From: Mizuhopecten yessoensis
Taxonomy: Eukaryota
Length of the DNA stretch: 64,000 nt
Assembly (NCBI RefSeq): GCF_002113885.1
Contig: NW_018408783.1
Span: 1,378,819 to 1,442,818 of the forward strand
Direction of reading: 5' to 3'
Shown: positions 49,366 to 61,530 of the stretch, piece after piece
How positions within the stretch are numbered: position 1 is the first letter of the stretch
Layout of the letters: each line of letters begins with the position of its first letter
Notes under the pieces: generated by a model
Told to the model about the DNA's origin: nothing
What the model saw: only the letters and a program-made list of their open reading frames with translations
Databases searched by the model: none
Position numbers and translations under genes: made by a program

Positions 49366-49841
49366 TATAGGATCCCACATATTTTTCAAATTTACCATTT
49401 TTGGAAACAGTCAGGACCATAGGGTATGAAACCAAAATGGGAAGTGGCTGGCTCCAAGGCTTGGGCTGCTAGGTCAAGTCTTCTACCGGTACTGAAGATG
49501 GAGATTCCTGCAAAAAAAGGCAGGAAAATTGAACCAGTTTCAAAATGTAAACTTGAATATCTTAATAAATATTATACTTAGACTTATGGTTTTGAGTTTT
49601 TATTAAAGTACAGGTACTGTTCTACCCAGAAATATAAACAACAAACATTTTGTCTGAAGATCAGGGGAGATAACTCAATTTTGAGACCCATACCCCCTTA
49701 ATTTTGGACTTTTTGTAAAAAATTGAAGACACCAGCAATTATTTAGAGAAAAGAGTCAAAAACAGACACAAAAGTAAAGACTAATAACTGTACAAACAGT
49801 ACAACACCACAATGATAGGATTACATAATGTTTACATAACA

Positions 49842-50419
49842 NNNNNNNNNNNNNNNNNNNNNNNNNNNNNNNNNNNNNNNNNNNNNNNNNNNNNNNNNNN
49901 NNNNNNNNNNNNNNNNNNNNNNNNNNNNNNNNNNNNNNNNNNNNNNNNNNNNNNNNNNNNNNNNNNNNNNNNNNNNNNNNNNNNNNNNNNNNNNNNNNNN
50001 NNNNNNNNNNNNNNNNNNNNNNNNNNNNNNNNNNNNNNNNNNNNNNNNNNNNNNNNNNNNNNNNNNNNNNNNNNNNNNNNNNNNNNNNNNNNNNNNNNNN
50101 NNNNNNNNNNNNNNNNNNNNNNNNNNNNNNNNNNNNNNNNNNNNNNNNNNNNNNNNNNNNNNNNNNNNNNNNNNNNNNNNNNNNNNNNNNNNNNNNNNNN
50201 NNNNNNNNNNNNNNNNNNNNNNNNNNNNNNNNNNNNNNNNNNNNNNNNNNNNNNNNNNNNNNNNNNNNNNNNNNNNNNNNNNNNNNNNNNNNNNNNNNNN
50301 NNNNNNNNNNNNNNNNNNNNNNNNNNNNNNNNNNNNNNNNNNNNNNNNNNNNNNNNNNNNNNNNNNNNNNNNNNNNNNNNNNNNNNNNNNNNNNNNNNNN
50401 NNNNNNNNNNNNNNNNNNN
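49842..50419. other. Assembly gap (578 N)
   Basis: Run of N; hides the 5' part of the transposase gene. Confidence 1.
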
Positions 50420-51628
50420 GCACCGAGGAAACCCGCCAAACAAAGTAGACCTGATGGTGGATGCCACCTACAACAACCCAATTTATTCTGGTGCGGGGAA
50501 GACTCCGTTCCAGCCAGCGACACAAGTTATGTTCAGCACTATAGAACACAACACCAAGGACCAGTATGTGGTGGACCTTGTCACCAAAAACAAACTATGC
50601 AATATATGGCCACCCTGTGAAAGTGAACATACCTCACACTGTAAAGGTAACTTACCTCTGGCCTCATCAATTGGTAATGAACAGGCGTACTGCTACGAAA
50701 GTCTGGAGAACCCCAAAAGAGACGGCCTGGAGGTGGACAAGCTTGTTACCGACTCAGATACAGGTGCATTCAAGGCTGCTGAAAAGAGATACAAAAGTGG
50801 TGCATCATGTACAAAGCCAACACATAACCTGGACCCTATTCATCTAACAAGGAATTTCAGAAAAACATTTCAAAGTGTGTGAAACTTGAGGAAATAATGC
50901 CGGGATCCACTAAGAAAGAGCGACAAACAATTAAAAAAAGATTTACTTGTGACCTAGCCGCTCGGTGTCAGGCAGAGCTGTATCACCTGTACGACAGACA
51001 TTGTGGGAGTCTCATTCCCTTACAACGTGCTGCTCATGGTGTAAAGGGGGCCATCGTGAAGTGTTACCAAGGTGTACACTGTGAGTGCAGGACCAAATCA
51101 CTAGTGTATGCAGGAAAGGAGAGAAATAACTGGCTAACAGACAACATATATTTACCAAGTGATTTCAAGGTCAGCGGTGGAGAGGCAACTGTGTCAAAAA
51201 TTCTGATGGAGAAAGTTGATGCCCGTCTCGGTGACTCCGTGTTGGAAAAGACCTTGTGGAACCTGACGACCCAAAAGGTAGAATCTGTGAACAGACGGCT
51301 GATGCGGTCTCTCCCATCAAGTGTGAACTTTACTCGTAACTTTTCAGGGAGAGCTCATAGGGCGGTGTATTCTGTGAACCATGGACCGGGAACTGCCATT
51401 AAAGAACTGTGCAGTGGGGTTGGGTCTCCAATCACTGCTGGAAGCTCTGTGTCCAAGGACCTAGATAAAGAACAAAAAAGACATTTGTACAATAAAGCAC
51501 GAAGTCAATCATTGCGGTGTAAAATTCAGAAGAGAAATAAGAGACACAAAATATTCAAATTACATGACTGTAAAATTGATGAAGAAATTTATGTGAAAGA
51601 CAGAGTTATGATTGAGAAAAAGAAATAA
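50420..51628 (+). pseudogene. Kolobok-type DDD/E transposase, C-terminal part, frameshifted
   Basis: Candidate catalytic residues in LMVDATYN, LVTDSDT and TQKVESVN; Cys/His clusters. The frame shifts at a TG run (AGTGTGTGAAA, ~50874-50884) between ORFs 50420-50882 and 50879-51628. Confidence 0.75.
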
Positions 51629-51688
51629 AACATTAAAATATTGAGAACTTAAGAAATAGTCTTTGTTATATTTCAATATATATCTTAC

Positions 51689-51720
<32 letters not shown>

Positions 51721-51732
51721 GAAAGAAAGAAA
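51689..51732. repeat. (GAAA)n microsatellite between the two convergent KolobokP genes
   Basis: AAGAAAGAAAGAAAG... run. Confidence 0.9.
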
Positions 51733-52083
51733 AATAAATAAATAGCTTCTCAATAAATTTGTTTATATAGATTCATTTCAAGACAAAAGCCGGCTGGCTG
51801 CCGGCTTATGGTAGGACGGATTCAGATCCGCTTTATACTGATACCAATGAAATACCCTTTCCATGGGTACTTCCATGGGTACCTTACATGACACTGACAC
51901 CCCACCATTTCATATTATAGACATCAAGTGGGCAAGTTCTTTAAAATCACTTTAAGAGAGTGATACAGCCCATTTTTGTTCAACCGTTTGGTTTGACTAT
52001 AATATAGGTGTCACATCCACAGTGGATGACCTTGACCATGACCTTGACCTAAATACAAAATTCATGTATTACTTACCTGCTGA

Positions 52084-52500
52084 TCACAGCAGACATCTTG
52101 GAACATGGCAACCGGAACACCTGTTTTGTTATTTGCAGTGATTCCTGGCCTGATTGGCTTCATGGGTTTCGATGACTATGTGCTGTATACTGAGGCACAG
52201 TTTGTTGTGGCAGAGATGAATGACCTCCAAAATCTTGCCGTCACAGTCCCTCCTCGGGAAATCCTCCTTCAGCCATCTATAATATACCATCAGTGACAGT
52301 CGGTGCACTCTCTCTGTCATTCTGTGTCCATTTGGCCATCTAACCACAATGCGCCCATATCCTCCCTGGTCTTTGGCCCCCCTCCACACTCTTCAAGGGT
52401 GTATATTGCCATCAAAGTATCCTCTTGCAGCTAATTTTCCCTCTAAATTCTGCCAAAACACATCCCTGGTTAGATTCACAAGCAGAAATATGATGGTGAA
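52084..52500 (-). pseudogene. His-Me finger (HNH, I-PpoI-like zinc-binding) endonuclease with premature stops
   Basis: One frame reads ...DVFWQNLEGKLAARGYFDGNIHP*RVWRGAKDQGGYG...RVHRL...EVIHLCHNKLCLSIQHIVIETHEANQARNHCK*QNRCSGCHVPRCLL*. This fits the W.G...GYG...HR...HLCHN..C...H...E....N..R..C pattern. Internal stops at ~52393-52395 and 52129-52131. Confidence 0.85.
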
Positions 52501-52554
52501 CCCAGCATCTGGTTTCCAGGGACGCTTGAATGGTGTAAAACGTCATATCCTATA

Positions 52555-53010
52555 GGGACCGCGGAACCAAATGATTTTCCATAGACGATAGTGTTAACGT
52601 TTACCACTGTCCTGGTTAAATGGGGTTATCCACACTGGTTTACCTGACCTCATTTTGAAGAATAGCATCTCACACAACTGTAAAAAAAATATTTCAAAAT
52701 TCTGCCAATTTGAACTTTTTTTATATGGGGGCTGCCATCTTGTATTGAATTCGGCACCAAAAATCGAACAAAATTTACAACAAATTACACACTTAATAAA
52801 CTCACCCAGACAAAACCAGGCTTGATTTTTTTTTTTTTTTTTTTTTACATATTACATCTATATATATTGCTCAACCCACACATAAAACTTTTGAAACTTC
52901 TGCCACCTTAATATCCAACCAGCAGGCCCCGAGGCATTCACCTTTCTATTAAATCTTCTGCCCAAAAGGGAAAAACCCACAATCTATTTTTGAATTGGTT
53001 CCGTGGTCCC
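52555..53010. repeat. Right long terminal direct repeat (456 bp)
   Basis: Direct repeat of 48909-49365; preceded by TATA and followed by TTTA. Confidence 0.95.
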
Positions 53011-54384
53011 TTTAGGCCAAAGACCGATTTAGATGTAAACAGCTGACATTTCGATTTTGCGTTACTGGATTAAAGCGCGTTACAAAAAAAAGGCAGACGT
53101 AATTTAACAGGATGTTTCAAGTAACTAGCTCAAAAACACGACCACAACTCTATCCTTCTCAGTTAGATACTGACTATTGGGTGAAATCTATCTGATTTTA
53201 TTACATAACAAACTAAAGGATGCCGCCCTAATATATACTCTGATAAGACTGTGTATGTAATGAAACGTTATCGTCCCTATCTGCTGTCTACTCGTCCACA
53301 CACAGTCCGTAGTGGTAAGTCTATAGGTGAGTAATAAACTACTTTTTATTTTACTACATTTTAGATTCAGTACATTTTTATACATCATGACTGTTTGAAT
53401 ATTCATAAAGATCTGACAAAATATCATTTAAAACTAATATCGTAAGGTAGATAATTTTCTCTTATTTCCCTGTGTATATGATAGAGCTGTCCATGGTAAG
53501 AAAATGTTATAGGACATTTCTTTCTCTCATTTCCCTGTGTGTAAGATAGAGCTGTCCATGGTAAGAAAGGGGCGTACGAAATTATTATCTTACACCCCAT
53601 TTCACGTGACTTGACGTCATCATGGCTCAACAATGACGTGACGTCACGAATTTGGAACTATCCGATGCCGCAATGTTGACGTGATGAAATTAAAACCTTT
53701 TACTATATATTTACCGTACACGTTATAAAGATGTGATTAATTTATTGTGCAAACATTGTTTGCAAATATGGGATATGCTTATTCTGGCTGGCTGATTCGT
53801 TTTCGTCTAAAAAGCTCAGGGGGAAATTGATATTTTCAAAATGGTAGCCAGTCCAAACACATTTTCATGGTTTCTTGGATTATTCTGGTAGTTGGAATGA
53901 GAGAAAAATAATCTCTCATGACCAAGGGTGTACTAGCGTGTGCTTAAAAATTAAAGATCGTTTTGGCGTAATATGTACCTGTAGAGATAAATTGTTTAAT
54001 TGAATTGTTGATAGTTTGTTATAAATATATAAAGTCGAGATTGAGGTGTGCGCAAGTTTTCTCCCACGCTTCAAATTTCCGATATACCCGACATAGGGAA
54101 TACAACTCCCTCCATCCTTTTTCGAAAACCTCTCCATTGTGTAAACTTTGTATGCAGTGGAACTAGCGCATCGTCATGCGCTTTTGGTGATGAACGGCAA
54201 CAATAATCAATCACTTCTTTTTAAAGCATGGTAAAACATCTTGCCATGCTTGAAACATTCTTACCCGTGTTTCAGATTGCTATTTCTACATCATAAACGC
54301 TCGATATATTCTATTACATGCAATTTGAAACCGGCTTTTGCTAATGAAATATTGTTTCCTTAAACAGTGTCACACAACGAGGAA

Positions 54385-56491
54385 ATGGCGAAAAGCAAAG
54401 ACGATTACAAAGTCAACGGATCTGAGTGCGAGTCAGTTCCATTTAATGAAAGTACTAATGAGGATGGAAAAGAAAAATGCCAGACGAAGGCCCCTATCAC
54501 AGAATATCGATCATTTCTACATGAGATTCTTAATAACGATGCCACTAGATTCAAGACCTTGCTGAGTGTATGCGCCGCTTCAGGTTTCTGCATACTGGTT
54601 TGTTATATTTTCTTTGTTTGTATGGTTGTATTATATTAAAGATGATGATTTCATGTAGTGATTACAATTTCCCGTTTCGTATTCTGGTCAACACTAGCCC
54701 ATATCTTTTCGAGTTTTCCTTTGGGCAACAGCAGATATTCTTAAATAAGTATATTTCATGATAGCCGTACCAGATTGAATGTCAGCTACGGTAGGTTTAG
54801 TGAGATACATCTTTATGAGTGTGTTTGATTCATATTCTACGAAACTGAGTTTTTAAATGACAACGTCTTTATATTTCCAGGGATGGACAAAAGGCCAGTT
54901 CGGACCTGCATTCTTAGATATTCTGCTCATCGGTGGCACAAGCCTTGAAGAAGGATCTATGTTCATGACGTCATATTTTATAGGAAGGGTGCTGGGTTCT
55001 ATTCTTGGAGGAGCTATTTATTCCAGACTTAACAGATACCTTATTCTTGTAGTCGCCATGACCACTAATAGTGTCATGTTTGCCGTCATACCATGGTGTA
55101 CAGTATATGAACTCATGATTGCTGCGCATGTTCTACATGGTATTTCCGGTGGAGTGATGTCTGTTTGTAAGTTACATTATCCTGGTTTTATTGTACATTT
55201 GCTTTAATTGTTTCTCTATTTATTTATTCACGTATACAGTATCATCTCTAATGCCTTTCTGCAGAACAGTGTGAATTTAAGCAAATATATCCAAATGTAA
55301 TATATATATTAAGGATATTTTCTTTTCATGTTGATTACAATATAATTTTACCGTAATCTGAATTACTGACCATTGAAATACTGTACGTCAAGGTTTCATC
55401 AGTATCGTTGATGCATGTATTTTTATGTACAGAAAAAGTTTATTTAATATGTATTTAAATAGGTTATTTATTCATGTCAATGGAACACTTTATGTATCAT
55501 TTCAGCTTTAATATCGATAGCAGCGTCAATCTGGGGAACTTCGGCGAGGGGTAGGGTGTATATGAACATCTTCTACGCTGCTTTTGCTATCTCTGGATTC
55601 CTCTCGCCGATTGTGACGTCACCGTTCTTGATTCCAACAACGACAGATGTCACTAGATACAATACATCTTGGAATATATCTAACAATATAGTCGATGAAG
55701 TCAATGGAAACGGCTCAAACATCCAATCTGTTCCGCAGTTAAATGCATTACATACAGAATCACCCAAATCCAGACTTTATATAGGTTTTTCAATTTCAGC
55801 TGGATTTGCATTCTTGGTCACAATTCCATTTGTTGTGATATTATTCAAATCGCCACAACAATCAGAAAATAAAGTCAGGATCGACGAGTTACATTTCATT
55901 GGCGATCTTCCAATATTTATAAAAATACTTCAATTTGTAAATGTTGGAATATTTTCAGCTGTGTTCGTTGCAATGGATTTTTCATTTAGCGGCTTTCTGA
56001 CAGTGTTTTGTGTTCAACATTTGCAATGGACAAAGACAGCCGGTTCCATGTTAACATCCGTGGCATTTTTTGCTTTGCTTTTCGGTAGGATCTTTGGAGC
56101 GGTACTGACAAACTTCCTCAAACCAGTCCCTATGCTATTGCTTTCCATCATATCGTGTACCGTAGGATTTGTTGGACTTTCAGTTAGCGCCATTTTTCTG
56201 GCTGATGTAGGAATATGGATATCTGTATGTGTTATAGGAACACCTTTGGGTGTTGTTTGGCCAAGTTTTCTGAGTTGGATCAACGATAATTTAATTCCAC
56301 TTCGAGGTAAAGTGACTGCATACCTAATGATAACTGCCTTTGTTGGGGCGCTCCTGAGTCCGATGTTGTTCGGATATATGATGGAAGAGGTATCGCCAAT
56401 ATGGTTCTGTTTTTTAAGCTTAGGGAAGGCTATAGTTACTATCATCAACGTGACATTGTTTTCTCTGTATACGAGGTTCTTGCACAAATGA
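54385..56491 (+). CDS. MFS transporter, MFSD4/NaGLT1 (sodium-dependent glucose transporter 1)-like, copy C, intact, 494 aa
   Basis: Exons 54385-54597, 54881-55166 and 55506-56491 splice GT-AG in frame without stops. About 12 hydrophobic segments; GQFGPAFLDI and GSILGGAIYSRLNR (motif-A-like). An acceptor at 54366-54367 implies an upstream exon. Family assignment from motif recognition; substrate unproven. Confidence 0.85.
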
Positions 56492-57994
56492 AATAAAAAG
56501 TAGAACAGTAAACATGTAGACAGATGAACATTTTAAAAGAAAAATAGGCAAACATGAGACAGAGAGGTACTTTAAATGGGTAAAACAAATGCCCTCATAC
56601 ATCTTTAGAAGTATTTAATCAAGTTACGACATCACTGCGAAACATCTATTCGAACCATTACCTGTCAGAATAAAGCTCATGCGCCAATTGTATGAGGATT
56701 GCTTCGATGATTATTTAACCATCGTAGCTTATTTTTGTTATTACTGACTATAACTACATGCAGTATAACAAAGCTGCCTGTGTCTGTTGATAAATGGATT
56801 GATAGGTTTCTGATTTACAATTTATTTTCCTTGGGGTAGATATATGTAATGAAATGTTTTGTTTGCTGAATTGAGTTTAGAGTCATATTAACAGCTAGTG
56901 TCAATTAAGTGAAGCCCTTCCATGTGTGAAATGTATGCGGTGTAATGGGGGCATGTTGCTGGTGTATATATCTCCTTGTAATAGCAAGGATTGAATGCTG
57001 GTGTATATGTGAATGCCGATTTAAGAGTGCTACCCCGTTAAAATACCATGCCTCAGGTACGTAGCACAAGCGTAAAAATAGTCGTATTGTACTAACAACG
57101 AGTACATCAGTCAATATCGCTATCAATGTAAAGCTAGCTTCAAGCGCAGACCAGTAAACTAATTCCAAAGTATTTGGTTTGGTTTGGTTTGGCCAATTAA
57201 CAGGACCCATAATCTTCCTCTTTTGGCTCAATGCAGGGTTTTCAAAAAAGCCGTTAGGAAAAATACCAGGTAATAGATGCATGTAGAAAAGAAAATTTAA
57301 AAAAAATAAACGTTACGATTGGTACAACAGATTCCGTGTGGTCTTTTCTCTGTCACCGACGAGAGGGAACAATTACAAATACTCATTACTACAGGGGGCT
57401 ACCATATTAATCTCCTCTTACGAATAATGCAGAGAATAAAAACATTTGGTCTGTTTATGTGTTTATATTTATATATACATTATAAACCATTATTACCTAA
57501 TGGTTTATGTTTTCCTTAGCACGTTCTACCAAACTCAGACATGTTTTCTGTATTTCAATATTTTATATTTTTTGGTTATAAATATATATAGAAGTCTGCC
57601 TATATGTAGGCATAGACTGCAAATGAAGAAATGACATCATCAGCATCCCATTTACTTTTATATGTAAATGTCAATAACATTATACGATAACATAATACTG
57701 AATTATCCATCAGTAATACTGAGTTTCTAAATGCTAAAACTAGCAAAAGTCTTAAAACACAAATTAAAATATCCATTTACTCGTTGACTAATCATTTATT
57801 CACCGATAAATTCACCTGTTTTTCAAACTTGAAGTCATCGAGCATATTCACCGCGAGAACTTAGTCATTTATTTAAACTTAAAGCTGCTAATAAAGCTAA
57901 AGCATTACTTTTTCATGTTATTAAATCTTCGTGTATGAAACCAGAACCATAGAAAAGCAGAGAGACAGTGGCGAAGGACCAAATTAACCGTAAA

Positions 57995-58600
57995 CGGCGA
58001 AGTACCAAACACCCATCGACTGATAGCCTGGTGGATTTACTGAGACTTGTCCTCACACTTAACAACTTTACATTCAATGAGGATAACTACATACAAGTTA
58101 GCGGTACAGCCATGAGTACTAAGATGGCCCCCTCACATGCCAATGTTTTTATGGGACATCTTGAAGCCAAACTTTTAGCATCTGCTCCAATTAAGCCATT
58201 TAGCTGGTTGAGATTTATCGATGACGTTAAAATCAAATGGACATCAATGAAAATTGAGATTTTTCACATTTACCGGGCCAGATTTCCACATGCATATGTT
58301 CCACGTTTTTTATATCTCTCGTTGACCCACTTCATGTGATAGTGCATCTTGCGCAAGAATACGTCCTCTACATCAGCGTTCCTTGTCCGCGATGCTCTCA
58401 GCTTAATTGCTGTCTTTAGCCGAGGGGACTATTGGTTTTATATAATAGCTATATTTTTAATTATAGTATATCAGTTCTTTCTTCTTGTAATATGATGTAT
58501 ATGTACATGTAAATGTTCTATTTCACTGTGTCTTGAAAAAGGAGCGGATCCCTCCGAAAATTTGACAACCTAAACTTGTCCACACTGTTGGAATTACTTC
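57995..58600 (+). mobile_element. Second Penelope-like fragment (RT core) with a probable pLTR remnant
   Basis: LVLTLNNFTFNEDNYIQVSGTAMSTKMAPSHANVFMG...WLRFIDD is typical PLE RT. CTTGAAAAAGGAG...CTCCGAAA at ~58532-58559 resembles a PLE hammerhead-like motif. Confidence 0.75.
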
Positions 58601-60489
58601 TTTGCCATATATATTATATATATACATGTATATTATAAACCATTATTACTTAACCCTTTGAGTGCCACAGCAATCTTCTTAGAGAGTGCCAAGCCAAATT
58701 TTGATCAACATGTGATTTGAAAATATATGACGTAGAACAATTGAGCAATGGGCCAGGCGATGACGTCACGTCATTGTGTAAACCTGAGGTCTCCAGGATG
58801 AAAAGTTAAACCGTCACAAAATGGATTTTTTTTTTCAACGGTGTTCGTTGGTAAATGTGTCAATGTACAACCAATGAAATATACATAACATGTATTGTCA
58901 TGTACTATTTGTCAAATCTGAGGTGTTATGACAAAAGCTTCCTCATTGAATGGTATTAATCCTGGAAATTATGATATTTTTGGCATAACATGTACCAATT
59001 TGTCAAAACAGAAAACCACAAAACATTCATAGAAATAATGAAATGTATATATTATTTAGTCTTTACGACGACATCTGTGTCTTGCAAGACATAGCGCATC
59101 CATGTACTCCACGGAAACACCCAGAGCATGGCGTACTCGCATGGCCCTTCCGTTGCCCCTGACACGCGAGCAGACACTTGTTACGGCACGATTTCTCACC
59201 CCAACTCCCTATCTCAATTAGGTATGGGTTTTGTCAGTGACGTCTTAAAATTTGTCTGAGGGTACATGTAATAGATGAGCTGACATGATTTCAAATGAGT
59301 AGAAGTTCAATGTACAACATGCCTAATATTCATTGATTGATTTATCTTTCAATCTATTTATTCATGTATTATTATATTATTTATTGGTTGTTGTTTTTAC
59401 TGAAAGTCTATCTAAACCCCTAAAACATGTAAAAATGACATTTTATGACTACTTGTTTCTATGCTATGACTATTGGACTAAATTTTCAAGGTTTTGTCCA
59501 TATAAATAAATGCACTTCTGGTCTTAATAGCATATATAAGTGTTTTTGTTATATAATATTGTTTGAAACGTTTAACATGTAAGACCACAGTTACCTTAAA
59601 AGTTAGTCAAGTGTTCCGCCACCGCTCAAGGTATCTGGTGGTCAAATAGTAAGCCTACTTGGCACAGGTACATACAAATAGTTGATAAACTGCTGACGTC
59701 CGATACCACAGCATAGCAATACTGACACGTCGAGGCAGGGGAGTAATTTATTTGATATGCAAAAAAAACAAAGTAACTTGAACTTAGTAAAAAGACTACA
59801 ACAGGATCCGAGAAGAGATGTATTAACAAACATGTGTTCAAAAATTACTGAGACAGTGATAGGTGATGCGGAAAGTTAAACGCATTTTACATCATATTAT
59901 GTAATACCTGCCGTAATGTCGGTCACCTTGTTGAAGGTCACCAGCTTTCTTAAATCCGGTGGAATGTTTTAAATTATTTATGCACTAGAATGCATATCAG
60001 ATGCAAGCAAAATCCGATACTCGTTGTTTTGATAAAGGGAACCTTATATTTTCATCATACCATATGTATTTTGTTCGCATAGATTCATTGAGGCGACAAC
60101 CCGGTAGACATTTACGGTGGCCCGTTAGAGCTATAATATGAAAAGTATTTATTAATGACTGCCACAAATTATCTGGAATTGCTTATCACACGAAAGTTTA
60201 TAAATCTAGAATTTACTCATTTACTTTTGAAATACGCAACAGAAGTCGAAACAATCTTCACAGATTAAACTAGACGATGAAAAAAAATGTTGCCCGATTC
60301 ATACACTGCACGTGCGCGCACCTACTTAAACACATTAAAACGCAATCCGGTTAACCTAAATTGACTTCAACACGGATTTCGACAACATCAGTATTGTACG
60401 AGAATCAACATGTCATCAAGCCAATAATAGCTGGTCATGATCACGGTAAGTCAGTTATTCCTTTGAATTTAGTGTCTTTAAACTCTCGC

Positions 60490-61530
60490 TCGGTGCCCAA
60501 ATGCCCCGTGGTAAAATGAAAACCTCCGCGTAGAAAAACAGAACCGTTGGAAAGCAGAGACAGTGGCGAAGGACCAAATTAACCGTTCAACAACAGATTT
60601 ATAGGGAACAATGTCGACTAGTTGATTTACTGCATACAGACCTATTAAACCAATGTCTTGAAGCACTGCTTCCTTTGAATACCTCAATCATGAACAAATC
60701 ATTGGCTGAATCAAAGGTTCCATTGTGTTTCAAGAAGGCACATGTTAGACCATTGTTGAAGAAGCCTGGAATGGACAAGGAGGAGTTGAAGAACTACCGT
60801 TTCCTGCCTTTACTGTTTAAGGTCTACTGCATAGGACACTCTACTAAGACGGCCCTCCTACTTTTACATAATGACATTGGATAACAAGTGCAGAGCAGTG
60901 ATTGTCGTGCTGGACGTGTCAGCTGCATTTGACGTCATCGACCATGGCATACTTTATAGACTTCTGGAGTATTAACAAACTTTAAAGTCAGTCTTTTCCA
61001 AAATGTCGGGCTTAGCCCTTCGTCAGGGATTAAATGTCACCGGACCTCTATGTAACATCCATCCATCTTGACAAACATGTGAATACTGGAGTATTTTTTT
61101 TGAGTGACCGATACCGCACTATACTGGATACAATCTTGTCTGAGTGGACGACGACGGTGTGTTGCCATCGGATCTACCACCTCACATGACAAAACACTAG
61201 GTTTCGGGGTTCCTCAAGGGTCGTTGTTATGGGACCAAGACAATATTGCCTATATTCCAAACCGATAGAAGAGATGTGTCGTCGCCATATTCTTCGCTAA
61301 TATTGCTTTGCTGATGACACACACATTTACTTTATCATCAAACCACAGGACAGTTGAGATACAATAGCAAAAAATCTTGAAGGTTGAACGTCAACATGCT
61401 ACAGCTTAATCAGGAAAGACGGTGCTTTGGAAGGGTTTCGGCCACGTTGTGGAATAGCTTACCATATGCTATTATAAAGTCAAATACACTGGCCAAATTC
61501 AAGAAAGACACCAACACTTACCTCTTCATG
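60490..61530 (+). mobile_element. Degenerate CR1/L2-group LINE RT fragments (same family as 19340-20495)
   Basis: IMNKSL..SKVP.CFKKAHVRPLLKKPGMDKEELKNYR, GHST.TALL, LDVSAAFDVIDH, GVPQGS, FADDT, with many indels. Confidence 0.8.

Larger units (their letters stand above)
48909..53010 (+). mobile_element. KolobokP-type composite DNA transposon (LTDRs + DDE transposase + antisense His-Me finger nuclease)
   Basis: Long terminal direct repeats 48909-49365 and 52555-53010, each bounded by TIRs GGGACCGCGGAACCAA / TTGGTTCCGTGGTCCC. GG...CC ends. 4-bp TTTA duplication at 48905-48908 and 53011-53014. Empty paralogous sites near 10015 and 24545. Confidence 0.9.
36730..57920 (+). repeat. Segmental duplication unit, copy C (intact MFS gene; expanded by Gypsy, Penelope and KolobokP insertions)
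   Basis: Collinear with copies A and B once the three insertions are removed. Confidence 0.85.

Noticed and set aside
49756-50549. Long ORFs spanning poly-X
   Set aside because: Artefacts of the 578-N gap.
48909-53010. LTR retrotransposon interpretation of the ~457-bp direct repeats
   Set aside because: No TG...CA ends, PBS, PPT or RT. The repeats have their own TIRs and enclose a DDE transposase plus an HNH nuclease.
58650-59635. piggyBac-like MITE starting TTAACCCTTTGAGTGC
   Set aside because: Only a weak partial right end (CGCTCAAGG) and no second TTAA found; cannot be supported.
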